A stretch of 64,000 bases of DNA from Dictyostelium discoideum. Lineage: Eukaryota. This document shows positions 47,189-58,712 of this stretch, piece after piece. Location of the stretch: NCBI GenBank assembly GCA_000004695.1, contig CM000151.3, positions 8,416,001 through 8,480,000 on the forward strand. Reading direction: 5' to 3'. Each line of letters begins with the position of its first letter. The stretch's first letter is position 1. The position numbers and the translations under genes are program-made. The notes under the pieces were generated by a model. It searched no databases. It saw only the letters and a program-made list of their open reading frames with translations, and had not been told where the DNA came from.

Positions 47189-47859
47189 AAAAAAAAATGT
47201 TATAATTAATTATTAAAAAAAAAAAAAAAAAAAATGTTTTTAATGTAAACACTATATTTTTTTTGATATGTGATTATTATTATTTTTTATTTTTTTTTAT
47301 TGTTATTATTTATTTATTACTGTTATTTTGTGTGTGTTGTGCCAAAGTTGTAAATAAAAGGAAAAAAAAAAAAAAAATTCATAGCTGCTATGAAATTTAA
47401 AAAAAGTAATATAGTGTGTGTGTGGGAAATTTTGTAAAATTATTCTATTTTTAATCCAACACAACCCCCATTTTTGAAATTGAAAACACGATTTGAATAA
47501 AATTTAAATTTAATATTTGTTATTATTTTTTTTTTTTTTTTTTTTTTCTTTTTTTCAGGAAGCCTTTATTTATTAATAAAAAGGATATAAAATTATATTT
47601 ACCACAAATAATTTTTTTTTTGTATTCTTTTTTTTGATTTTTGTTTTCCTTTTTTTTCTTTTTTTTTTCTTTTTTTAATTATTAATAATTAATAAAAAGA
47701 ATAATAAATTATATTACCCTAATATTTTTTTTCCCTTTTTTTTTTTTTTTTCCTTTTTTTTCATACTATGTGAATATTTTCTTTTTTTTTGACATAATTA
47801 TGTGTCTTTTTTGATTTTTTTTTTTTTGATTTTTTTTTTTTTTTTTTTAATTTTTTTGT

Positions 47860-47892
<33 letters not shown>

Positions 47893-47905
47893 ATTTAAAC
47901 AAAAA

Positions 47906-49540
47906 ATGAGTCAGTTCATGATTAGATATCAAATTATAAACCTTTCAAAGGTTTTCAATTCACCAAAATCATTAAAGTATTTTTTTTTTTTTTTTTAAGG
48001 GTTGTTTTTAGAATTCTTTTCAATGGATGAATACTAATTTTTTTAAAAAAAAAAAAGTTTTATTAAAAGATATACAACATCAACAGCATCAACAACAACA
48101 ACAACAACAAATGATGATTCAAATTGGATATCAACACCAAATATTACAGTATGTGGTATTGGTGGTGGTGGTTGTAATAGTGTTAATAATATGATTAATA
48201 AAGAATTATATGGAATTGATTTTGTAGTTGCCAATACTGATGCACAAGCATTGGCAATATCATGTAGTAGAAAGATGGTACAATTAGGAAAGACATTAAC
48301 AAGAGGATTAGGAGCAGGAGCAGTACCAGAAGTTGGAAAGAAAGCAACTGAAGAATCAATTGAAGAATTAATGAATCAAATTGGTGATACACAAATGTTA
48401 TTTGTCACAGCTGGTATGGGTGGTGGTACAGGTACAGGTGGAGCAGCAGTTATTGCATCAGCAGCAAAAGCCAAAGGTATTTTAACTGTTGGTATTGTAA
48501 CCAAACCATTTCATTTCGAAGGTAAACATAGAATGAAATTGGCAGAACAAGGTTTGATAGAGTTGGAGAAATCAGTCGATAGTTTAATCGTTATTCCAAA
48601 TGAGAAATTAATGGAACAATCACAAGAACTCTATATTGGAAATGCTTTCCAAATGGTTGATGATGTACTTTACAATAGTATTCGTGGTATCTCTGATATT
48701 TTAGTTAAACCAGGTTTAATTAATTTAGATTTCGCCGATGTTAGATCGATCATGTGTAATAGTGGTAAAGCATTGATGGGTGTTGGAGAAGGTGAAGGTA
48801 AAGGTCGTGATGCTATCGCAGCCAATATAGCCTTAAATAATCCATTACTCGAGAATATTAATATCTCTGGTGCAAAAGGTGTCCTTTTAAATATTGCTGG
48901 TAGTGACTTAAAATTACAAGAAGTTGATCATATCGTTAGTTTGGTTAGTAGTAAAGTTGATCCTTCTGCTAATATCATCTTTGGTTCAACTTTTGATCAA
49001 CAATTAGAAGGTAAAATTAGAGTAACTTTAATTGTTACCGGTATGGATCAATTAATACAACAACAACAACAACAACAAAAACAAACTAAAATAGAATCTC
49101 AAGTAGAACAAAAATTACATTCAACAACAATTGTAGATCAAGAATTAAAACCAATTGAACCACAAAAATCAATAATTATAGAAGAAGAACAAGAAGAACA
49201 ACAACAACCAAAACCAATAATTCCTGGTATTTTTGTTGAACAAGAACTATTAACCACTACCACCACTGCTAATATCACACCATCACAACAAAAACAAGAA
49301 TCTTTAACTCAAAATAATATATTCTCACCACCACAACAACAACAACAACAACCATCAATTAATTTACAACCAAATTACCAACAATTATATCAACAATTAT
49401 ACCAACAACAACAACAACAACTACAACAACAACAACCAATAAGTTTTTTGAAAAGATTATCAAACCTTTTCTTTACAAATGGTAATAATAATAAACCTTA
49501 CAATAATAATAAAAATACTCCTGGTTCAAATTATGAATAA
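47906..49540 (+). CDS. fszA: Mitochondrial division protein FtsZ (FszA-like). Model join(47906..47976,48070..49540), about 513 aa.
   Basis: Core GIDFVVANTDAQAL, the tubulin/FtsZ signature GGGTGTGGAAVIA and a Gln-rich C-terminus. The essential N-terminal ITVCGIGGGGCNSVNNM lies upstream of the first in-frame Met, so a 5' exon is required. ATG at 47906 encodes a presequence-like MSQFMIRYQIINLSKVFNSPKSLK. Donor GTATTT at 47977 (phase 2) and acceptor AAAAG at 48068-48069 restore the frame. The 5' exon is inference. The size is closer to FszA than FszB, from memory. Confidence 0.75.
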
Positions 49541-49560
49541 AAATTAAATAGTAAAATATT

Positions 49561-49601
<41 letters not shown>

Positions 49602-49642
49602 GTTTTCATTTATACAAATTATTTATTTCATTTTTTACAATT

Positions 49643-49679
49643 TTATTTTTTGTCTTCTACTAAAATAATATGATAACTA

Positions 49680-49757
<78 letters not shown>

Positions 49758-50380
49758 TAATATAAATTACTTTTATCATTATTTCTTTATTTTATTTATT
49801 TATTATTATTTTTACATACCCAAATTGAGTTCTAAATGGCTCACTAACAACACCAATTGGTTGATTAAAAGCTCTATCAGTAAACTCTTGGACCATATCA
49901 CCTCTACCAATATACCCTAATAGTCCTGATGCTGTCAAATATATACACATAAAATTTTGTTGTCGTTGTTAATATAAATTTAATTGATTTAAGTGGTATA
50001 TAATTTATTGTTTTTTTATTATTTTTACAAACCCTATTAATAATATATTATTAAAGATATAGTGAAAGAGAGAGAAGTTAATAAAAATAATTTCTAAAAA
50101 AATAAAAAAATAAAAAAATAAAAAAATAAATTATTAAAATAAAATTTATACAAACTCTTGCTTTATCTTCTGAATGACTTTGTGCTACAGAATTAAAAGT
50201 TTTACCAGATTTAATCAAATTAACAGCTTCCATTAATTTTGCTTCTTTTTCACATAATATATGACGTACCTTGACTTGAGTTATTCCACCCTTTGCATCA
50301 TCACCTTTACCTTTTTTATCTGCTTTTCCTCCTGCTGCTGGTTTCTTTGCATTTTTTTCTGCTGGTTTCTTTGGAGGCAT
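49643..50380 (-). CDS. Parvulin-type peptidyl-prolyl isomerase PIN4/Par14 homolog. Model complement(join(49643..49676,49820..49931,50152..50380)).
   Basis: Exon 1 [13 protein letters not shown]...[46 protein letters not shown] matches human PIN4 ([41 protein letters not shown]). Exon 2 has [37 protein letters not shown]. Exon 3 has [10 protein letters not shown] (GYHIIMVEGRK). Intron 2 (143 nt) contains a 60-nt (ATT)n run. The exon 1 donor choice (GTATAA vs GTTTGT) is uncertain by 4 nt. Confidence 0.75.
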
Positions 50381-51443
50381 GTTTAAAATTTCTAATTTGC
50401 AAATTAAAAAAATAATTTAATTGATTTGTTTAGTATTTTTTTTTTTATTGTTTTTTTGAAAAAAAAAAAAAAAAAATGGGTGCAAAAAAAAAAAAAAAAA
50501 AAAAAAAATTAAAAAAAAAAAAAATCAATTTCTGTTTGGAAAATTAAATTAAATTAAAAAACCCAGTTTTGGAAATAATATTAAACAATTCATTGATAAA
50601 AAATAATATTTGCATGGTACCAAAAAACTTTTTTTAGATTTTTTTTTTTTTATATATTTAAATTTAATTTTGAAAAAAAACAAAACAAAAAAACTTTTAA
50701 TAGGATTTTTTATTAATTTCAAATAACAAATTTTTATTTATTATTTTTTTATTTTGACCTTTTTTCTTTTTTTTTTTTCTATTTTTAAATTTTTTAAAAC
50801 ACCAATATTGTCACAATTATTTATTAAAAACACTGCAGAGTAAATTTTTTTTTTTAAAAAAATAAAATTCTTTAACAATAAAATTTATTATTGTTTGCTT
50901 TTTTTTTTTAAAAAAAAAATATAAAAAAAAGATCTTAAATAATTTTTTGATACCATCATCGATGATATCACATCTTTGACGATTATCGTATTGTTAACAC
51001 CATGAATTAGATGATTTGATGTTCATTGGTAATATTTTTTAAAAATTTAAACCCCCTTCACTGGTGGGTTATTTTTTTTTTTTTTATTATTATTATTTTT
51101 ATTATTTTTTTATTAAACAGATAAAAAACTTATTTTTTTTTTATTAAACAGATAAAAAATAATTTTTAAAAAAATAATTTATTTTTTAAAAAAAAAAAGT
51201 TAAAAATTTAAAAAAAAATTATTTTTTAAAAATAAAATTTGTTTCAAAGAAAAAAACTGGTTATTTTTTTTTTTTATTTTTATTTTTTTTTTATTTTTGT
51301 TTTTATTTTTTATTTTTTTCAATTTTTACATCCTGATTAGTTTTTTTTTTTTTTTATTTTTTTTATGTTTTTAAATTTTGTTTTTTTAAAAGTTGCCTTT
51401 ATTTTTTTTTTTTTAAAAAAACAAAAATAATTTTAAAATAAAA

Positions 51444-52920
51444 ATGATATCAATCGAAGAAAATATTAAATACAAAGAAGGAACACTTTCAGTTTTGTCA
51501 TCTGATGGTAAATCATGGAAAAAGAGACATTGTGTATTTAAAAATAGAATTTTATTTATTTTTGAAAATAAAAATGTAAAAATAGTTTTTTTTTATATAT
51601 TCTATTTTTATTTTTTCGATTTTTTTCAAACATAAATTTTTTTTTTTTTCATCCCAAAATCTTTTTATTATTTTTTTTTTTTTCGATCCCAAAATCTTAC
51701 TAACCTTTTTTTTTTTTTTTATTATTTTTTAAAAATCAAATTCAACATCATCAAATTATCAAATTTTATATTTTATACCATTAGCAAGATGTGGATTAAT
51801 ATCAACAGCTATTAGTGGAGGACCAAATGGTAAATCATTTTGTTTCAAGTTATCACATGAAATTGATGAATCAATTCTTTATTGGTTATCTGATGAGAAT
51901 GAAGAATCAATGAAAGAATGGGTAAGAGTATTACAATTATCATGTGCAATTCAAAAGGAACCAGAGAAAGTTCAAGTTAAAGGTAGATCAAAATCTGTAG
52001 CATTTAAGCCAGGAGCAATAGAGATTGCAGGTATAACATCAGATCATAAAGGTTGGTTAAAAAAGTATACATCATCAGGTACATTTAGAAAAACACTTCA
52101 ATGGAAAAAGAGATGGTTCGTACTAAAGGATTTAGTACTCTATTATTATGAAGGACCAGAATCGAATCTAAAAGGAAAGATCTCCATTCCAAATTGGAGT
52201 GTAGAAATTGAAAAAACCATACCCATTGGTTATTGTTTTACATTATCTCATCCAGGTTATACACCAATTACCCTTCAAGCAGAGACAGAAGATGATCGTA
52301 AGAAATGGGTTCAAAAAATTAAAGATAACAATCGTAGCCTTACAAAATCTTTAGCAACTCCAAATGAAATCACAAGACTTTGTGATTGGTTTAAACAATT
52401 GACACAATTGGACATTAAAGAACCATTGGAGTTAGTTTGTAATGCTTCATTTGTTTCAAATATTTTGGAAAAAGTTGGTTTACATGTTGATTTACCTGAC
52501 AGAGATCATAAATCTCAAAGAAGTACTGATAACGATTGGTCTTTGTTAGCTTTTGATAATATAATTAAAGCTTGTCAATTTAAAGGTATTAAATTTGATC
52601 AAACTATTTTACCAGAAGATTTTATAATTGGTGATCCTGTTGTTTTAACTTTTATTATTTCAATAATGAATCATTTTAATCCAAACAGTAAACCATCTTT
52701 AATTATAACTTCAACACCATCAATAAATACAACAAATACAACAAATACAACAAATACAACAAATACAACAAATACAACAAATACAACAACAACAACCACT
52801 ACAACAACAACCAATACAAAAGAGCAACCATCAAATTCATCTGAAACATCACCACAAACAACACCAAGATCAATGGTTTCTGATATATCATCAGTTGCGA
52901 CTGATAGCGTTTCTGATAGT

Positions 52921-53006
<86 letters not shown>

Positions 53007-53463
53007 AATTTCAACAAGTAAAAGTTTAAGTTTTGATAGTAATAAAAAATCAAAAGTATCAACTCCAACAACTACAACAACTGATAAAAAAGATAAAAAA
53101 GATAAAGATACAAAATCAACACCAACTACGCCAAATACAACTTCACCAACTACAATTTCAATAAATCCAACTAATGCACCAACTCCATTGGAACCAAAAC
53201 CAATTGAATCAAAACCAATTGAAACTAAACCAACCGAAACTAAGCCAATTGAAGATATTAAAACAACCAAAACAACATCAACTCCAGTTAAACCACTTAA
53301 TATTCCTCCTCAAAGAACTTCAGATGATGTGGACATAGATATTATGAATTCATTAGATTTTGGTTTTGATGATGCTCCAACACCACCAACAATAACAACA
53401 ACAACTAAAACTTCAGTGGAAGTTGATTTAATTAATGAAATTATTGCAGAAACAGATGATAAC

Positions 53464-53530
<67 letters not shown>

Positions 53531-54296
53531 GCGGTACCGATAATAATAATAATAATAATAGTAAAGTTACAACACCAATTTCTACACCAACTTCAACACC
53601 AGTTAAATCAACATCACCAAGATTTGTTTCACCATATAGAAATTTAAAAAGAGTTGAAACTCATGATGTTTTAGGTGAATTTGATAAAATATTTTCATCA
53701 CTTTCAAAGACAGTTAAAAATTGTGAATTATGTAATGAACCAATCGCAAGTGATCCAATTGAAATACCTTGTGGTAAAGCTTGGCATAGACATCATTTTC
53801 AATGTTGTACTTGTTCAAAATCAATTCTTTGTATTGATGAAGAATTACCATATGTCGTTAGAGATGATAATATTTATTGTAAAGAAGATCATGATAAATT
53901 ATTTAAAGATGGTAATTGTTCAGAATGTAATAAATCATTAATGGTAATGTATTTTTTTTTTTTTTTTTTTTTATAATAATAAATAATTTTAATAAAATAG
54001 TTTTCATTTACTAACTATTTTATTTTTATTTTTAATTAAAAAAAAAATAGATTACATTTGCATATAAAGGAAATTTATTATGTAGAGAACATTATTTAAA
54101 TCATGTTGGTGATATGATTTGCCAAAGTTGTGAAGCACCAATTGGTAATAAATCTTATCAAACCTTTGAAGGTAAAAAATGGCATTTAGAACACTTTAAA
54201 TGTTCATATTGCAGTAAAAAATTACCAGATCCATTAGTTGCTAAATTTAAAAATTCAAAACCTTATTGCGGCACTTGTTCTGTAAAATTATTTTAA
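51444..54296 (+). CDS. PH-PH-LIM domain protein. Model join(51444..51575,~51785..53943,54051..54296), with the first junction uncertain.
   Basis: Exon 1 is PH strands b1-b2 ([34 protein letters not shown]). The large exon continues the same PH domain ([52 protein letters not shown]), then a second PH domain ([36 protein letters not shown]...[10 protein letters not shown]), a Thr/Asn/Pro-rich linker and LIM zinc fingers (CELCNEPI...[18 protein letters not shown]|[23 protein letters not shown]...CGTCSVKLF). The last intron, 53944..54050, is clean (GTAATG...AATAG, phase 0). For the first intron the only available acceptors (51783-51784 or 51787-51788) do not match the phase of the GTAAAA donors at 51576 and 51585. 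Confidence 0.65.
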
Positions 54297-54492
54297 TAAA
54301 TTTAAATTAAATTTTTTATTAATTTTTTTCATTCTTTTTTTTTTTTTTTTTTTTTTCCCACATTCCACAATTTATGCATGTTTAATTTCCCACATCACAT
54401 CAATTAAATTTTATTTTTTTTTTATTTTTATTTTTTTATTTTTATTTTTTTTTTATTTTTATTTTTTATTTTTTATTTTTTTTTTTTATCCC

Positions 54493-55194
54493 ATGAATTT
54501 CATTTTAAAAAATTCAATTAGAAATTTCAGTTCAAGTATATCAAATTATAGTAAAATGACAGGAAAAGTTGTAGTTAAAACCACTAATGCACCAGGTGCT
54601 ATTGGCCCATACAGTCAAGCAATTATTGCTAACAATCAAGTTTTCGTTTCTGGTTGTTTAGGTATTGATAAAGATGTATGTTGTTTTTTTATTACTATTT
54701 ATCATTTTCTTGATCAAAAAAAAAAATAAAAAAAAATAAGAAAGATAAAAAAAGATAAAAAAAAAGATAAAATGAAAAAACTTTAAATTAATAAACTAAT
54801 AATAATTAATTAAATAAATATTATTATTATTTTTAGACTATGCAATTCACATCTGAAACTGATGTTAGTATTCAAACTAAACTTGCTTTAACAAACATGA
54901 AAAACATTGTTGAAGCTGCTGGTTCATCAATGGAAAAAGTTGTTAAAACTACCATCTTATTAAAATCAATGGATGATTTCCAAGCTGTTAACACTGTCTA
55001 TTCTACTTGTAAGTGTTTACAATCAATGATTTATTAAATTAATAATTGGTTATTGATTCATATTAAAAACTAATTAAATTAATTTTAATAAAATAGTCTT
55101 CCCAGTTGACCCACCAGCTAGATCAACCTTTGCTGTTGCTTGTTTACCAAAGAATGCTTTAGTAGAAATTGAAGCTATTGCAATTCACCAATGA
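54493..55194 (+). CDS. RidA/YjgF/UK114-family reactive-intermediate deaminase, mitochondrial-type. Model join(54493..54675,54837..55008,55097..55194).
   Basis: A presequence-like N-terminus, then [27 protein letters not shown] | [58 protein letters not shown] | [28 protein letters not shown]. These are the YjgF/RidA signature blocks. Donors GTATGT at 54676 and GTAAGT at 55009, with acceptors TTTTAG at 54835-54836 and AATAG at 55095-55096. Confidence 0.85.
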
Positions 55195-55397
55195 ACCGAG
55201 GGTAAATCAAATAATATCATCAATTCAAAATTATAAATAATAAATAATAAGTAATAGTTTATTCTATTATTGTAAAAAAGAACTAAAATATAATAATAGT
55301 TTTTATTTTGTTTCCAAATATAAAAAAAAAAAAAAATATTACATAATATACATATTATATATTTATTTTATTGTTTTTTTTTTTTTTTTTTTATCAA

Positions 55398-55680
55398 TTA
55401 ATTATTCATATATTGACAAATAATATTCATTGCTTGACCACCAGGGAATCTACCTAATACACCACTAGTAGATTCAATTTCATTAAAAACTTTAACATTA
55501 TCACTAAAACAATTACTACTATTACTATTATTATTATTATTAATATTATTATCATCATTTTTCTTATTTATAATTTTATCAGCTTCAATCACTTTACAAA
55601 TTGTAAATGGTACTGGTTCATAAGAATGATCACCTGTTAAAACTGGTGTTGAATGATCACCTGTTAAACAAATTGTAAAC

Positions 55681-55714
<34 letters not shown>

Positions 55715-55747
55715 AATTATTAATTATTTTTAATTTTCTCTAATAGA

Positions 55748-55811
<64 letters not shown>

Positions 55812-57197
55812 CTAAACTTACATTTCCTTTGTTTTCATTTTGAGCAATTGCTAATTGTGAAATTATAAAATGTAACATTTTATCAATTTTCTCTAAGAAT
55901 TCAATTTTGAGAGGGGCATTTTTATCATGACCAGCATCATCTACTGCTTTAATATGTAAGAAACCAAATTGATATTTATCATTGTCAACATCCAATATAT
56001 TCTTTAATAAGGTATCAGCTTTTGATTGTAAGTTTGTATGATAATCACCTGTACCACCTTCAGATTCAATCACATCAATCTTTACAGACATACCTAAACC
56101 AGCGATAATACATGTTGGAGCAATCATAAATGCATTCATTCCATACTTTTGTTTAAAGGTTGGTGCCTCAACACAAACACCACAACCACGTAATAATACA
56201 ACATTTGCAACTGGTAAACCTTTTTCTCTTCTCTCTATATTAATTGGATGATTTTCTAATGCTTTTTGAATTTCATCTGATAATTCATTTACAATCTATA
56301 AATTAATAACAGTTAATAATAATTAAATAAAAAATTATTATTAATCATTTTTTATTATTTATTATTTATTATTTATTATTTATTTATTATTATTATTATT
56401 TTTTATTTGTTATTAAAAATAATTAATATATAATATATAAAATTTAAAATTAAAAAAAATATAAAAACTTACTTTACTTGTTAAAATGGAATCATGAGAA
56501 TTAATATCTAAAGGTGTTGCTTTTAATAATGGTAAATTATCTTTTAATGGATCAGTACCAGTGATTGAATCAGTAAGATTTGGACCTCTAACTCTTACAC
56601 CACATCTATGTTCAGTTGCATATTTTACATCTACTCTATAATTTGGAAATGATGGTAATTTAATACCTGTTAAATAATCACATAATGTTGGTCCAAGATG
56701 TTCAAAATTTCTATCTGCTCTTCTTAAAATAACAATTCCACTTGATTTATCTATTGTTGCAAAATTTGACTAAAAAATAAATTATTAAATTAAAAAAAAT
56801 ATAAATTAATATAAAATATAAATTGGTATCAAAATTTAAAATAAATAAAATAAAATATATTAAAAAAAAAATAAAAAAAATAAAAAAAAAAAAAAAATAC
56901 TTTAAAAGCAATATCACCTGGTTGCATATCTAAACCAGCACCCATTGATTCAAATGCACCTCTACCTCTATAATATTTTCTTGGATCATAACCTAAAATT
57001 GAAAGATGTGCTGTATCACTACCACATGCAAATCCTGGTTCAACTGGATCCATTACACCATTTATACCACTTGATGACATTGCATCCATTGTTGGCGTAT
57101 TTGCAACTTGTAATGTGGTTTTTCTTTCATATTGAGGTATTGATGTATCTGCAATACCATCAACCATAACAAATACCATTTTATTATTGTTACCCAT
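55398..57197 (-). CDS. Cofactor-independent phosphoglycerate mutase of the archaeal apgM type (metalloenzyme superfamily plus PhosphMutase domain). Model complement(join(55398..55679,55822..56295,56473..56769,56901..57197)), about 449 aa.
   Basis: Exon 1 has MVFVMVDGIADTS...ANTPTMD...PGFACGSDTAHLSILGYDPRKYYRGRGAFESMGAGLDMQPGDIAFK, the apgM N-terminal signature. Exon 4 has TGDHSTPVLTGDHSYEPVPF, the C-terminal metal-binding TADHSTP block. The introns are 131, 177 and 142 nt, and the last contains a 60-nt (TA)n run. All junctions are phase 0 with GTAAGT/GTATTT donors. Confidence 0.8.
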
Positions 57198-57831
57198 TTT
57201 CTTTCTTTTTTTTTTATTGAAACAATCCACAAGATAAAAAAAAAAAAAAAAAAAAATAAAAAAAAAAAAAAAATTAATTTTTCGTGCGAGAAATTAATTT
57301 TCAAACTATTTGTGCATAAAATTATTTAAAATTTGTTTTAATTTAAAAAAAAATAATAAAAAAATAACTTTTTCTTTTTTAATCAAATTTTAAATTGTTT
57401 ACTTAATCGCACACTTTTCCTATTTTGAATTTTTAAACCTCAAGGTTATCATAATAATATAAAAAATCAAGCAAAAATTTGGAAATTGTTTTTTTTTTAT
57501 TATAATAAAGGTTAGTTCATTTGAACAGTTTTGTTTACTAAAAAAATTATTGTTAAAAAAAATTATTGCTAAAAAAAAAATAAAAATAAAATTATAAAAA
57601 TAAAAAAATAAAAAATTATAATTTTCGAAGTTCATAGATATTTTGGTATGACAGGACAAACTTGTAAAAATTAAAAAAATTTGGGTGAAAAAAAAAATAT
57701 CAAATAAATTTTCTTTTTTTTTTTTTTTTTAATTTTATTTTTAGTAATCAAAAGATCTTTTAATCGATTTGGAGTTATAAAAAATGAATAATGTTACAAT
57801 TAATTTAGTTTTATTTACTATTTTTTTTTTT

Positions 57832-57955
57832 AAAAGATTTAAAAAAAAAATTTCCCCCTATTTTTAATATTGTTTTTTTAAAAGATTTAAAAAAAAAAAC
57901 TCCCCTATTTTTAATATTATTTTGTTAAAAGATTTAAAAAAAAAACTTTTTTACT
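57832..57955. repeat. 47-bp tandem repeat, 2.6 copies.
   Basis: aaaagatttaaaaaaaaaa[t]ttcccc[c]tatttttaatatt[g/a]ttttgtt is repeated head-to-tail at 57832, 57880 and 57927. Confidence 0.8.
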
Positions 57956-57984
57956 TTTTTTATTTTATTATTAATATTTTGAAA

Positions 57985-58125
57985 CCAAAAAAATAAAAAA
58001 TTAATTTAAAAATAATAAATTTTTGATTTTTTGGTTTAGTTCTATTAACGTCATACTTATAATTATCTGTTCGTATGTTTATTTTAAAGATTCGAATCTT
58101 TAATTCTTGCTATCCTTTTAACATC
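57985..58125 (+). repeat. Copy 0 of a ~170-bp module that also starts each large repeat unit (58860..59000 and 61660..61800).
   Basis: ttgattttttggtttagttctattaacgtcatacttataattatctgttcgtatgtttattttaaagattcgaatctttaattcttgctatcc aligns with ctgattttcggtttagtttcataacgaccttactttaatattatgtatgtttattttaagatacgagtctttctctatttctatccc at 58895 and with the copy at 61690. Identity is about 75%. Confidence 0.7.
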
Positions 58126-58140
58126 TTTCACTTAAAAATA

Positions 58141-58712
58141 AATACATTGGACCTTTCTGTGAATAATTGAATTAATTCTGAAAAAAAAAAGTTATTTTGA
58201 AAAAGATCGAGTTATCCCGGAAAAGATCAATCTTTTCGCTAAAAATTTTTCATTGGCCATATTATTTTTTTTTTTTAATTTTTTTCATTTATTCACAATT
58301 AAAATAAAAAATATAAAAATAAATAAATAAAATAAATAGTATGATTGACAAAAAAAATCAAAAATACCCCGGTAGGATTTATTTTTTATATGTAGTTTTT
58401 TTTTTTTGAAGTTCCTTTTTTTTTTTTGAAGTTCATTTTTTTTTATATTTTCTTTATTTCTCTATAAATACAACCAAATTTAATTCTACGATAGGTCTTA
58501 ACAAATATTGTTTAATATTATTTAAAATTTTTGTTTTAAATAATGTGTTTTATTAAAAAAAAAAAAAAACATGTGAAAAGTGAAAAATTTTTCAAAAAAA
58601 AATAAACTTTTTTCGAAATAACTGAATTTATTCCGGGATAACTCGATCTTTTTTAAAATATGCTGAGTTAATTATAATTAATTCAATTATCCACTGATAG
58701 GTCCATTATCAT
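58141..58712. mobile_element. About 570-bp element bounded by ~80-bp imperfect terminal inverted repeats (MITE/foldback-like, non-coding).
   Basis: The left arm 58141..58220 (cattggaccttt ctgtgaataattgaattaatt ... attttgaaaaagatcgagttatcccgg) is the reverse complement of the right arm 58633..58712 (ccgggataactcgatcttttttaaaat...aattaattcaattatccac...aggtccattatc). The inner 22 bp (aaaaagatcgagttatcccgg) is perfect, and overall arm identity is about 80%. The interior of about 410 bp is AT-rich with no ORF. It sits exactly between module copy 0 and the start of repeat unit A. Confidence 0.6.

Noticed and set aside
48027-48190. Alternative fszA start at ATG 48027 (MNTNFFKKKKVLLKDIQHQQHQQQQQQQMMIQIGYQHQ...).
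   Set aside because: It is in the wrong frame relative to the FtsZ core and terminates at 48190. Linking it would need a 13-nt intron, which is impossible.
51444-51507. Shorter PH-LIM exon 1 using the phase-compatible donor at 51508 (or 51497) with the acceptor at 51783/51787.
   Set aside because: It would delete the [20 protein letters not shown] strands that are an obvious integral part of the PH domain. I prefer the biologically sensible junction and flag the phase problem.
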